NCBI GenBank assembly: GCA_910578655.1
Contig: CAJTQE010000003.1
Coordinates: 1 to 44,456, forward strand
DNA from: an uncultured Christensenella sp.
GTDB lineage: Bacteria > Bacillota > Clostridia > Christensenellales > Borkfalkiaceae
Direction of reading: 5' to 3'
Length of the DNA: 44,456 nucleotides
Shown here one piece after another: positions 33,244 through 42,127 of this stretch (its first letter is position 1; each line of letters starts with the position of its first letter). The notes beneath the pieces are model-generated. The model was not told the DNA's origin. It searched no databases and worked only from the letters and a program-made list of their open reading frames with translations. Position numbers and translations under genes: made by a program.

Positions 33244-35706
33244 ATGTATTTGAAAAGTAAATTTTTAAAAGCAAGTTCCATTTGCCTTTACGTTTTCACC
33301 GCGCTTTGGTTCGTGCTTGCGGCAAGCTTCTTCGCGCTGTCAAACAACTGGTATTGGGCGTTCCTCATATTCGCGCTTGTCGGTCTTTATGACGGGTTCG
33401 TTATAACTTCCGTGCGCCAAAAAATGAAGAGCGTAAATCTTGAAAAAAACGAAAACGTCAAACTGCTTGTCTGCTGGATACTCAGCATAGTATGTCTGCC
33501 GGCGTTCATTCTCTCGGGCTTAGCTTATTTCCGCAAAACGGAGGACGAAATTATTGTCTGCAAAACCGTTGAAAGCGAAGTTAAGGAAGAGGAGAAGCCC
33601 GTCAGAAAATCACCTTTCTATAAAGCGAAAAGCTTTATTACGATGTGCGTTGCCTTCGGCCTGATTATCGTTTCAAGTTTTACCGCACTGTGTTTTGAAA
33701 CTTCCGGCTTTAAGGTGGACGTTTCCGACTTTACGCTGACGCGTGAAATGACACTTGCGTATAACGAGGGTAAAATTCACGGCAAACAGTATGTAATTCC
33801 CCTTACGGTTACGGACGACGGCAAGGAGCACGAAACTACTTATTCGGTAACTATGTATAAACCCGACAGTGCAACGGCGGAAGCTCCTGCGCCCGTAGTG
33901 TTCGTTCTTCCCGGATTTACCCGTACCAAGGCGACTATGGCGCAGTACTGCATAGAGCTTTCACGCCGCGGCGCGGTAGTGTTCTGTTCAGATCCGGGCG
34001 GTCAGGGCGGTACAACCGAAAATTCTTCGACGGGCGCACACGGTATCGAGTATCTCGTTCAGTACGTTTACAATAACACGGACGATTTTACATTCTGCGA
34101 TAAGCAGCGTTTCGGTGCGGTAGGTCACTCGCAGGGCGGCGGCAACGTTGTTACCATTGCCTCCGATATGGCAGGCGAAAGCTATCAGGACAGCATAATA
34201 AAATCCGTTTACAATTCGGGTTATATAAAGACTTCCGCGGCAAACAAATTTAAAAATTTCAACTGCAATGCGGCAATGTCTTACGCATATTACGACGAGG
34301 GCGCGTACCGCTATCAGACCGATGGTACCGCATTCGAGGTAATAGGACTTCGCTTTATCAACGAAGTCAACGGTTCGGCTAACGCGTACGATACCATTAC
34401 ATACGACTACGGTTACGGCGATATGTCCAAGGGTACTTACAGAATAGTACACCGCGAAAAAATAAACCACTGCTTTGAAATGTACGACAGAGTCAGCATT
34501 GCAAACACGGTAGATTTCTTCAATAAGACTCTTGACATCGGTTCCGACGTGAGCGGTATGAGCCAGATTTGGTTCGGCAAAGAATTTTCAAACGGTATCG
34601 CGCTTGCAGCGGCGTTCACGTTCATAATCGCGCTTTGCGCAGTGCTTATGAATATTCCGTTCTTTGCAACCCTGAAAAACGGCGGCAAGGTTAAGGCGGC
34701 AGAAACCTCCGCAGACGGCGAAAACGCAACGGGTGAAGCGGCCGTCGCTGCGGCTGTAACGGCAGAGCCTATGCAAACGGTTGCGGCGGCAAAACCTGTT
34801 GTTGCGGCGGAGCAGCGGCATAAGACTGTGGCGCATAAGATTATTTTCTGGTCGTGCATAATATTGACCTCGATAATCGCCTGCCTTGACTATATCCCCC
34901 TTGCAAACCTTTCGATTGAAATTTTCCCCACAAGCAACCTTGCAAGCGTGTTCACGTTCGTATTCCCTGCAAGAATGGTTAACGCCATACTGCTTTGGGC
35001 GGTTATAAACGGACTTATCGGTCTTGCGATATTCTTCGGAACTACCGCGCTTGAAAACCTGTACGAGTACGCTATGTACAAGGTGAAGGGTATTCAGCCG
35101 CACTACGACTGGGATAAATTCTCGGATATCAAAATCCGCGGTAACGGCCGGAAAAACGTAGTATTCAACGTATTGAAGAGTTTACTGCTCGGTTTCGGTT
35201 TATTCGGTGTGTTCTACTTCCTCGTTCAGCTTTCGTACTGGATATTCCATCAGGATTTCAGATTTATGCTTATCTCTGCGGCTCCGCTCAATGCAAGAAT
35301 GTTCGTAACCGCGCTTGAATATATCCCGTTCATCTTTATATTCTATATTTCAAACTCTATAAGGGTCAATTGCAGTATAGGCAGAGAGGGCTGGAAAGAG
35401 TGGAAGGTTATGCTTGTCGGCGGTCTTGCAAACAGCTTGGGGCTTGCGTTCATACTGCTTATAAACTATGTTTGCTATTTCACGACGGGTATTCCGTACT
35501 ACGGCAACTGGGGCAGCGGAAACAACGAAGTCTGGTTGTTCGTCAATATGGTTTTCGGACTTGTGGTTATGATGTTTATTCTTCCCATATTCAACAGACT
35601 GTTCTACAAGATAACGGGCAACGTATGGGTCGGCGCAATAGCTTGCTGTTCGATATTCGTAATGATGACGATTTCCGCGTCCGTTTCCTATATACCTATG
35701 TATTAA
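33244..35706 (+). CDS. Polytopic membrane protein with extracytoplasmic alpha/beta-hydrolase domain
   Basis: 820 aa. N-terminal TM helices, a hydrolase domain with nucleophile elbow GHSQGG, an Ala-rich linker, and a C-terminal block of about 8 TM helices. Confidence 0.6.
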   Translation: MYLKSKFLKASSICLYVFTALWFVLAASFFALSNNWYWAFLIFALVGLYDGFVITSVRQKMKSVNLEKNENVKLLVCWILSIVCLPAFILSGLAYFRKTEDEIIVCKTVESEVKEEEKPVRKSPFYKAKSFITMCVAFGLIIVSSFTALCFETSGFKVDVSDFTLTREMTLAYNEGKIHGKQYVIPLTVTDDGKEHETTYSVTMYKPDSATAEAPAPVVFVLPGFTRTKATMAQYCIELSRRGAVVFCSDPGGQGGTTENSSTGAHGIEYLVQYVYNNTDDFTFCDKQRFGAVGHSQGGGNVVTIASDMAGESYQDSIIKSVYNSGYIKTSAANKFKNFNCNAAMSYAYYDEGAYRYQTDGTAFEVIGLRFINEVNGSANAYDTITYDYGYGDMSKGTYRIVHREKINHCFEMYDRVSIANTVDFFNKTLDIGSDVSGMSQIWFGKEFSNGIALAAAFTFIIALCAVLMNIPFFATLKNGGKVKAAETSADGENATGEAAVAAAVTAEPMQTVAAAKPVVAAEQRHKTVAHKIIFWSCIILTSIIACLDYIPLANLSIEIFPTSNLASVFTFVFPARMVNAILLWAVINGLIGLAIFFGTTALENLYEYAMYKVKGIQPHYDWDKFSDIKIRGNGRKNVVFNVLKSLLLGFGLFGVFYFLVQLSYWIFHQDFRFMLISAAPLNARMFVTALEYIPFIFIFYISNSIRVNCSIGREGWKEWKVMLVGGLANSLGLAFILLINYVCYFTTGIPYYGNWGSGNNEVWLFVNMVFGLVVMMFILPIFNRLFYKITGNVWVGAIACCSIFVMMTISASVSYIPMY

Positions 35707-35710
35707 ATTT

Positions 35711-35737
35711 AAAGAGGGGTTTTCAGACCCCTCTTTT
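35711..35737 (+). terminator. Intrinsic terminator after the hydrolase operon
   Basis: Stem AAAGAGGGG / CCCCTCTTT with an 8-nt loop, followed by T-rich sequence. Confidence 0.85.
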
Positions 35738-35811
35738 AATTTTGCGCGTATAATGCCTTAAAATATTCACAAACTCATTGTATGGGCGGTTTCGCCTAAA
35801 TAGGAGAAAAT

Positions 35812-36354
35812 ATGAAAGCAACAGGAATAGTACGCAGAATAGACGAATTGGGCAGGGTGGTAATTCCGAAGGAAATACGCAGTACTCTGCGCCTCAAATC
35901 GGGCGACCCTCTCGAAATATTTACGGACAGGGACGAGCTGATGCTTAAAAAGTATTCGCCCATTGCTTCGCTTGATAAATTTTCGTCGGGAACGGCGAAA
36001 TCGCTGTCCGACCTTTCCGGTCATATTGCGGTTATTTGCGACACTGACGAGGTTCTTTACGCTTCGGGCAGGGGACAGCGCGCTTTCGATAAAAAGAGTC
36101 TTTCAGAAAAAATGGAAAAGATTTTACGCGAACGCAAAAGCTATATCGCCAACCTTTCAGAGGGCGGCGACGTTATTCCCATTACCGACGAGGGCGACGG
36201 CGTAACGGCTCAGATTATAGTTCCCATAGTCTGCAACGGCGACTGTCTCGGGGCGGTTGCACTCGTTTCCGTCGAGCAGGGCGCAAAGATAGAGGCTTCT
36301 GCCTGCAAGTTGGCTCAGCTGTCGGCAACGATACTTGCAAATCAATTCGAGTAA
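35812..36354 (+). CDS. spoVT: Stage V sporulation protein T (AbrB-family regulator with GAF-like domain)
   Basis: 180 aa. N-terminus MKATGIVRRIDELGRVVIPKEIRSTLRLKSGDPLEIF is the SpoVT/AbrB swapped-hairpin domain. Length matches SpoVT. Confidence 0.9.
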   Translation: MKATGIVRRIDELGRVVIPKEIRSTLRLKSGDPLEIFTDRDELMLKKYSPIASLDKFSSGTAKSLSDLSGHIAVICDTDEVLYASGRGQRAFDKKSLSEKMEKILRERKSYIANLSEGGDVIPITDEGDGVTAQIIVPIVCNGDCLGAVALVSVEQGAKIEASACKLAQLSATILANQFE

Positions 36355-36369
36355 GCTTTAAAAACCTAA

Positions 36370-36406
36370 GCCGCAGGGCGCTTCTGCATGCGTCCTGCGG
36401 CATTTT
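36370..36406 (+). terminator. Intrinsic terminator after spoVT
   Basis: 11-bp stem GCCGCAGGGCG / CGTCCTGCGGC with one G-U pair, followed by ATTTTGT. Confidence 0.7.
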
Positions 36407-36439
36407 GTATAAATTATGGTATTTATTTTATAAAAATGG

Positions 36440-36468
36440 TTGAAACCGCGTAAAAACTATGCTATAAT
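36440..36468 (+). promoter_or_regulatory. Strong sigma-A promoter TTGAAA-17-TATAAT with extended -10 (TGc)
   Basis: TTGAAA at 36440..36445, a 17-nt spacer ending in TGC, TATAAT at 36463..36468. It is followed by RBS AGGTGA (36478..36483) and ATG 36489. Confidence 0.65.
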
Positions 36469-36488
36469 TTTGTGAACAGGTGATTATT

Positions 36489-39400
36489 ATGTTGAAAAAT
36501 ATAGCAAACACAAAAAAAATAGGGGGGGGGGGTACTCCACTTGTAGTATAAGCCGCGGCAAACGCCTTTGGCTTACTTTAATACTGACCTTTTTATGTAC
36601 GGCTTTATTGGGCTGTACTTTTTTGTTGCCAAATACGGTAAAAGCCGAGGGCGGCGAGGAGCCGGTGCAATTAAACTGCACTTACGCGGTTGACGGCGGT
36701 TCGCAAAAGTTTTTCTATCTGTATCGCTCAAGCCCTATTGACGTTAAATTCGGGGCCGAATCAAGTTGGGCTACGGGTCACAATTTGTACGCCGCCTTTG
36801 ACGAAACTTCGAAAAACACGCTCGTTTTCGGGACTTCAAGCAGTACTTACGAGGGTAAAGGTGTTTATACGGAATTTACCGCAAGCATCGCAGTGCCGGC
36901 AAGGCAGGAATACGTCGTTAACTACAATATGAACTTTTCTTCCGTTAGAGGTAATTATATCGATTCGGGTATGGGGTTCGAATTGTTCGATTACGGTTAT
37001 TCGAACGATACGGTGACCGCGCCTACGGCCAAAACCGTATCTGACGCGGCGATGGCGGAAGACCCTTCGAAGGACCTCTTTATCGGGTACAGCGAAAGCA
37101 GAATAGGCACTTCTGTTTACGACCCAAACGGAATTAAACCCGAGTATTCCGTATTTTTTCAGTATAGCAGCGGCGGCGACGGTGGCGTTGTCGGTACTAA
37201 GGATATTCAAGCTGTTTATGCCAATAAAACAGACGCGCCCCAAACATTTACTCAGCGTTTCGGGCTTTGGACGGGTCTCGGTTACGGTTCGTCAAATCCT
37301 TCAACGATTAACGGCCAATGCATTATAACGCCGACGCTTGTTTCGGAGGAGACGCTGTTTTACAGTGCACCTAAGGCGGTTACCGTGGAATACGACGGTA
37401 CGGATATGCTCAATCCGCTAAGCACGGCGATAACGTCTGCGGACTGGTACGTCGACGGGGGAATGGTTTTCAGCTGCGCCGATACCGTCAAGGAAAGCGG
37501 AACATATACCGTTACCGCGTCGCTGTCCAACGCGGCGCTAAACGACGGTGTGCAATGGCTGCTCGGCGACGGGACGAAAACGACGGACGACCAGACTTTT
37601 ACGTTTACCGTAACGCCGATAGTCATTACCTCGCCTAAAAACTCTGTAATCACGACGGAATACAACGGCGCGGAGCAATCGTTGAAAACGCTTGCCGATA
37701 AACCCGCGTGGTACGACCAGAGCGTATATTCGGACCCGTCTATAATAGAAATCAACGATAAGTTTACGGACGCGGGGTCTTCTACCGTCAACGTAAAGCT
37801 TGTTTCGGGAAATTATGCGTGGAGCGACGGCGAAAGCAATTCTTCCGACACGCGTTCGTTTACGTTCAAAATAACGGCTAAGCCGCTTTCCGTAATATTC
37901 GAAGAGCAAAACGGTTTGACCGTTGCGCGCTTTGAGGACGAAAGCCAGATTTACGGGCGCGATACGGGCGATAAATATCCCAAGCTTAAAACCAAATATT
38001 ATCAGCCGGGGGACAGTCCCAACAGTGCGGTTGAAAGTCCGACGCGCGTCGGACAATGGATTGCGCTTGCCGCGCTTGAAAATGCCGCCGCTTGTAATTA
38101 TTCCGTCAATGCTGTTTCCGACGAATTTACTGTTTCTAAAATCGTTACCCCGTATCCTGTTTTGACGGCGGGAGGCAGCGCTACGGTGCCGTACAACGGC
38201 AACGAGCAGGAGTTTGTATTCGAGGGTTACGACGGCGAAATAATGGAATACGTCGTGCCGGAGGGAGCAATCAGCTTTGACGGCGCCACGCTGACAGTCA
38301 AGGACGCTGGCGAGTACGCAATAGAATACAGATTAAAGGACGAAAGCCTGTACGAGTGGAGTGGGGGAACGGGCTTAAGCATAAGCGTAGAGAAAAAGAA
38401 GATAGTAATAGTTTCGGACGAGAGTAACGCAACGGAATGGTCAAAGGGCGCGGACGTGGAATTAAAGTTTCGGGTTACTGGACTTGTAACGGGAGACAGC
38501 GTAAAGCTTGAAGCTACTTACAGTAAGGGCGGGTCGGGGACTTCGAAGCTTGTAGTAACGGACAACGGAGACGGAACTCAAAGCGTAACAATCCCCAAAG
38601 GCTACGGCACGGGGGATTACGTGCTAACGGTAAAGACCGCCGAGGTCGGGAACTATATCGAGCGAGAAGCGGCAACTCATTCGTTCAGGATAACGGCGGA
38701 AGGGTTAGACTTAGGCGAGAACGAAATCAAGTGGAAGATAGACGGCAAGAGCTATACGATAGAGGACTGCAAGGACGGCTATCTTGAATTGGAGTATACG
38801 GGCAAGGCGTTTAGCCTTACGGTAGACATCAATTCGAGCGCGAGCGCTGCGGAGCTGGAAATAGAGAGCTACGGCGGAGACTGGCAGACTGCGATAAACG
38901 CAGGCGAGTATACGGCGACGGTGCATATCGTAGCGTCAGACCCCAACCTATACAGCTTTGACGAGACCTACACTTTAAAAATAAGGATAGTACCGAAGGT
39001 CCTCGATTTTAGCGAAGCGACGTGGGAATGGCAGTACGCGGGTGATAGCGACTGGCAGGCATTGAAAGAAGGTAGTATGCCGTCGTTCGATAACCGAGCG
39101 GTAACGGTGAGAATCTCACCCGAGTACTTTGCGGGAATAGGATTAAAAGATGGCGAGTATACGGTAGAGTACCGCAACAACAACGACCTTACCGAAAAGG
39201 GCGAAAAGAGTACTACTGCAGAGATAACGATAAGTAACGGCAATTACACTACAGCGGACGGCGGATATGCAGAGGTAAGCAAGCAGTGGGAGATAACTGC
39301 TAAGTCTCTTGAATATAACTGGACTGGCAAGCAGACAGTAACGGCTGGAGAAAACACGTTCGAATTTGCGGCAATAGAGTTTGCGGACGGCGGGGACTAT

Positions 39401-40681
39401 TCGGGCTTTTTCGAGTATTACTTCACCGTGGACGGAGAAGAGGGAGAGTTCACAAAAGAGGAGCTTGAAGCGTATATATCCGAGCACTGGACGGAAACTA
39501 CGGCTATAACGGGCAAGGTATACGTACGCCAGACGGTAAGCGACGGAGAGGTGGTAATATCTCCGAGCTACCGCAGCTTCACAACGGGCACGCCCAAGAC
39601 CGCGCTTACGGTAGCGATTAGTTGCGAAGAGAACGCTGAGTACGGAAAGGTCAATTTCGGTTTCGAGGTCAAGAGAGGCAACTCGGACGAGCGGACGAGA
39701 ACGGAAGTGAGAATAAGCGGCGGAGCTTTGGAAGAGGAAGTAGTCTTTGCGGGCGACAGCTCGGAGCTTACGGCGTTTATAAACGGATTAGGCGCAGGCG
39801 AGTATAAGATAAAAGTAACGGTAACGGTCGAAAACAGCGAAACGTACGTAGTAACGGGCGATAACGAATACAGACTTATAATAGCCAAGAGAAAGGTAGA
39901 GCTGCCCACGCTGAAAGAGGGAATAACCTATAACGGCGGAGTAATCTATTTCAAGGACTGTATCGAGGGCTACGACGACAGTATAATGACGATACTCGGC
40001 GAGAGTGACGGCGGAATAGACAGCGGCACGGACTGGCGCGAGCAGGGTTATTATACAAAGATACGGCTTATTGACGGCGACAACTACGAGTTTGGCGAGG
40101 GAGTAAGCGAGTACGAGTATAACTGGCATATCGGCAAATTTATAATAACCGAGGATACGTGGAACAAGAGCGGGAAGGAGGGAGCGTATCTCGATTTGCC
40201 GGACTGGGTAAAGGGACTGCTGAGAGACAGCAAAGTTCTTAAACTTGAATACAGTTATTACTTGGACCAGTACAGCGACGCGCTTGAAAGCGTGGAGTTC
40301 GTAAAGGGCAGTTCGTTATACGTAGACGCGAAGCTTTCGGGCAGTGCGGCGGTTAACTTCGAGTTCGAGAACGGCAGCGAGGAGGACGGAGTACAGACCT
40401 CGGCAAAGACGCTTTACACCGTGCCCAAGGGCAGCGGCGCGGGCGAGTTCTTCGAGGATATAGGCGAGTTCGTGAAAGGCAACTACTGGGTAGTGATAGT
40501 AATAGGCATAGGCTTATTGCTGTTGATACTAATAATAGTCTTAGTAAGCCGCAGGCGCAGGCGCGCGGACGACGATTACTATGACGAAGACTACGACTAT
40601 GACGACGACGAAGACTACGACTATGACGACGACGAAGAAGACGATGAGGACGAAGAAGAAGATTACGACGATGATTATTGA
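36489..40681 (+). CDS. Large repeat-rich cell-surface protein (about 1397 aa if restored), frame interrupted at the G11 tract
   Basis: ATG 36489 reads MLKNIANTKKIGGGG and then stops at 36549 as sequenced. The long frame is open from 36476 and encodes the missing signal peptide (KRLWLTLILTFLCTALLGCTFLL, possible lipobox LLGC) before the track start at TTG 36608. Downstream are a ~240-aa unique domain, about 10 Ig-like repeats (YNG/YDG...GEYT patterns), a C-terminal TM helix, RRRRR, and a D/E/Y tail. Confidence 0.7.
36522..36532. repeat. G11 homopolymer, preceded by an A8 run, inside the 5' coding region of the surface protein gene
   Basis: Counted directly: 11 consecutive G at 36522..36532. 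A tract length of 12 or 9 would join ATG 36489 to the long ORF. Confidence 0.95.
40583..40630. repeat. Tandem 24-bp repeat GACGAAGACTACGACTATGACGAC x2, plus a partial third copy
   Basis: 40583..40606 and 40607..40630 are identical, and the next 8 nt continue the unit. Encodes DEDYDYDD twice within the acidic tail. Confidence 0.9.
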
Positions 40682-40684
40682 TTT

Positions 40685-40715
40685 AAACGGTCACCCGGTT
40701 TTCGGGTGACCGTTT
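40685..40715 (+). terminator. Terminator hairpin after the surface protein gene
   Basis: Perfect 13-bp stem AAACGGTCACCCG / CGGGTGACCGTTT with a 5-nt loop. The T-run is short. Confidence 0.7.
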
Positions 40716-40736
40716 GCGTACTTATAATAATATGCA

Positions 40737-40765
40737 AACTCCGCATACTGAATATGCGGAGTTTT
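40737..40765 (+). promoter_or_regulatory. Second hairpin with T-run that contains the RBS of the yabM-like gene
   Basis: Perfect 11-bp stem AACTCCGCATA / TATGCGGAGTT with loop CTGAA, followed by TTATT and ATG 40769. GGAG (40758..40761) lies in the 3' arm. Confidence 0.55.
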
Positions 40766-40768
40766 ATT

Positions 40769-42127
40769 ATGTTAAGTCAAAAGCAATCGTTTATAAAGGG
40801 TGCAATACTAATTTCTTTGGGCGGATTTATTTCAAAGATGCTGGGGGCAATTTACCGCATACCTTTAACTAATTTTCTCGGCGGAGAGGGTATGGGTATT
40901 TACCAGATGGTTTACCCGTTATATTGCATACTTCTTACCGTTTCGGCGTCCGGTATTCCTACGGGAATAGCGCGCGTAATTTCGTCTGGCAAAGCAGGGG
41001 CGGAGCGGCAGGCGTTCAGGCTGTACGGGGCAATAGGCGTCATAGGCACGATACTAATGTATTTTCTGTCCGCGCCGCTTGCCGCGCTGCAATCCGAACC
41101 TGCAATAAAGCTGTGCTGTATAATGCTCTGTCCGTCGGTTTTTTTTGTGTCCGTTCTCTCTATCGTCCGCGGATATTTTCAAGGTAAGGGCAATATGTAC
41201 CCGACCGCAGTTACGGAAGTTACGGAGCAGGCGGTAAAGGTTGCGCTCGGCTGTGCGCTTGCGTATGCGTTCAGGGACAACTTAGCCATAGCCGTTGCAT
41301 CAACTCTGTTCTCTGTGACGGTAAGCGAAGTGGTTGCAACCGCGCTCGCCTTAATCTGGTATTTAAAAAAGCGCTCCCGTCTGCCCCTTTTCAAAGTACC
41401 GTCGCCGCCCGTTTCTTCGATAATAAAATATACCGTTCCTTTGACGCTTACGGCAATAGCTTTGCCGGCAGGTCAGCTGCTGGAAAGTATAGTTGCCGTC
41501 CGTTTTCTTAAAGAGATTTCGGGCGACGCAACCGCGCTTTACGGTATTTTTTCGGGCTGCGCGGTCACAATAATAAACTTGCCCGTATCGGTAACTTACG
41601 GGCTTGCTGCGGCAAGCGTGCCCCAGATTTCCCCTCTTGCCGAAAAGGGGGACTTTGACGCGGCAAAGGGCAAGGCGTATAAAGCGCTTTTAATTACTTT
41701 TGCGATTTCCGCGCCTGCGGCGATAGCGCTGTTTGCTTTTGCGCCGTATGCGGTAAAGGTAATCTTCTCTTCGTTGGAGCCCGAAAACAAAGAACTTTTA
41801 TTAAACCTCGTCAGGATAATGTCCGTAAACGCCGTCACGCTGTCGCTGGTGCAGACCTCGTCGGCTTGTCTTACCGCGCTGGGCAAGCCCATAAAAAGTA
41901 CGGTAACGCAGTGGGTTACGGCAATTCTCCGCGTTGCGATTACGGCGGCTTTAATTAAATTCACGTCCCTTTCAATAGTCGGCGCGGCAATATCTGCAAA
42001 TTGCAGTTATTTGGTTGCGACTTTGATTAATTTCTGGTATATTATCAAAGAACACGGAGGACGGAAAAATGAAAATAACGCTGATTGGTTTAGGAAATTC
42101 GCAAGGCGACTTGACCGCAAAAGCTGA
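40769..42127 (+). CDS. MOP-superfamily polysaccharide/lipid flippase, YabM/SpoVB-like
   Basis: ORF 40706..42127. Start moved to ATG 40769, giving MLSQKQSFIKGAILISLGGFISKMLGAIYRIPL, a typical N-terminus for this family. About 14 TM helices. Position between spoVT and yabN matches B. subtilis yabM. Confidence 0.75.
   Translation: MLSQKQSFIKGAILISLGGFISKMLGAIYRIPLTNFLGGEGMGIYQMVYPLYCILLTVSASGIPTGIARVISSGKAGAERQAFRLYGAIGVIGTILMYFLSAPLAALQSEPAIKLCCIMLCPSVFFVSVLSIVRGYFQGKGNMYPTAVTEVTEQAVKVALGCALAYAFRDNLAIAVASTLFSVTVSEVVATALALIWYLKKRSRLPLFKVPSPPVSSIIKYTVPLTLTAIALPAGQLLESIVAVRFLKEISGDATALYGIFSGCAVTIINLPVSVTYGLAAASVPQISPLAEKGDFDAAKGKAYKALLITFAISAPAAIALFAFAPYAVKVIFSSLEPENKELLLNLVRIMSVNAVTLSLVQTSSACLTALGKPIKSTVTQWVTAILRVAITAALIKFTSLSIVGAAISANCSYLVATLINFWYIIKEHGGRKNENNADWFRKFARRLDRKS

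Noticed and set aside
35741-35811. Sigma-G/sigma-F type promoter upstream of spoVT (CATTGTA as a -10 element)
   Set aside because: A CATxxTA-like -10 is present, but no GnATA-type -35 element lies at the required 17-18-nt spacing; the nearest GTATA is 23 nt away.
36608-36610. TTG 36608 as the real start of the surface protein (as given by the ORF track)
   Set aside because: Starting here would cut the signal peptide in half (MGCTFLLPNTVKAEG) and there is no RBS. The frame is open upstream to 36476, and a strong promoter, RBS and ATG sit at 36440..36491. The G-tract frameshift model explains the data better.
37300-40200. DNA-level repeat array or CRISPR-like periodicity within the surface protein gene
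   Set aside because: The periodicity is at protein-domain level (diverged Ig-like repeats of about 90-100 aa). I saw no long exact nucleotide repeats apart from the 24-bp unit in the acidic tail.
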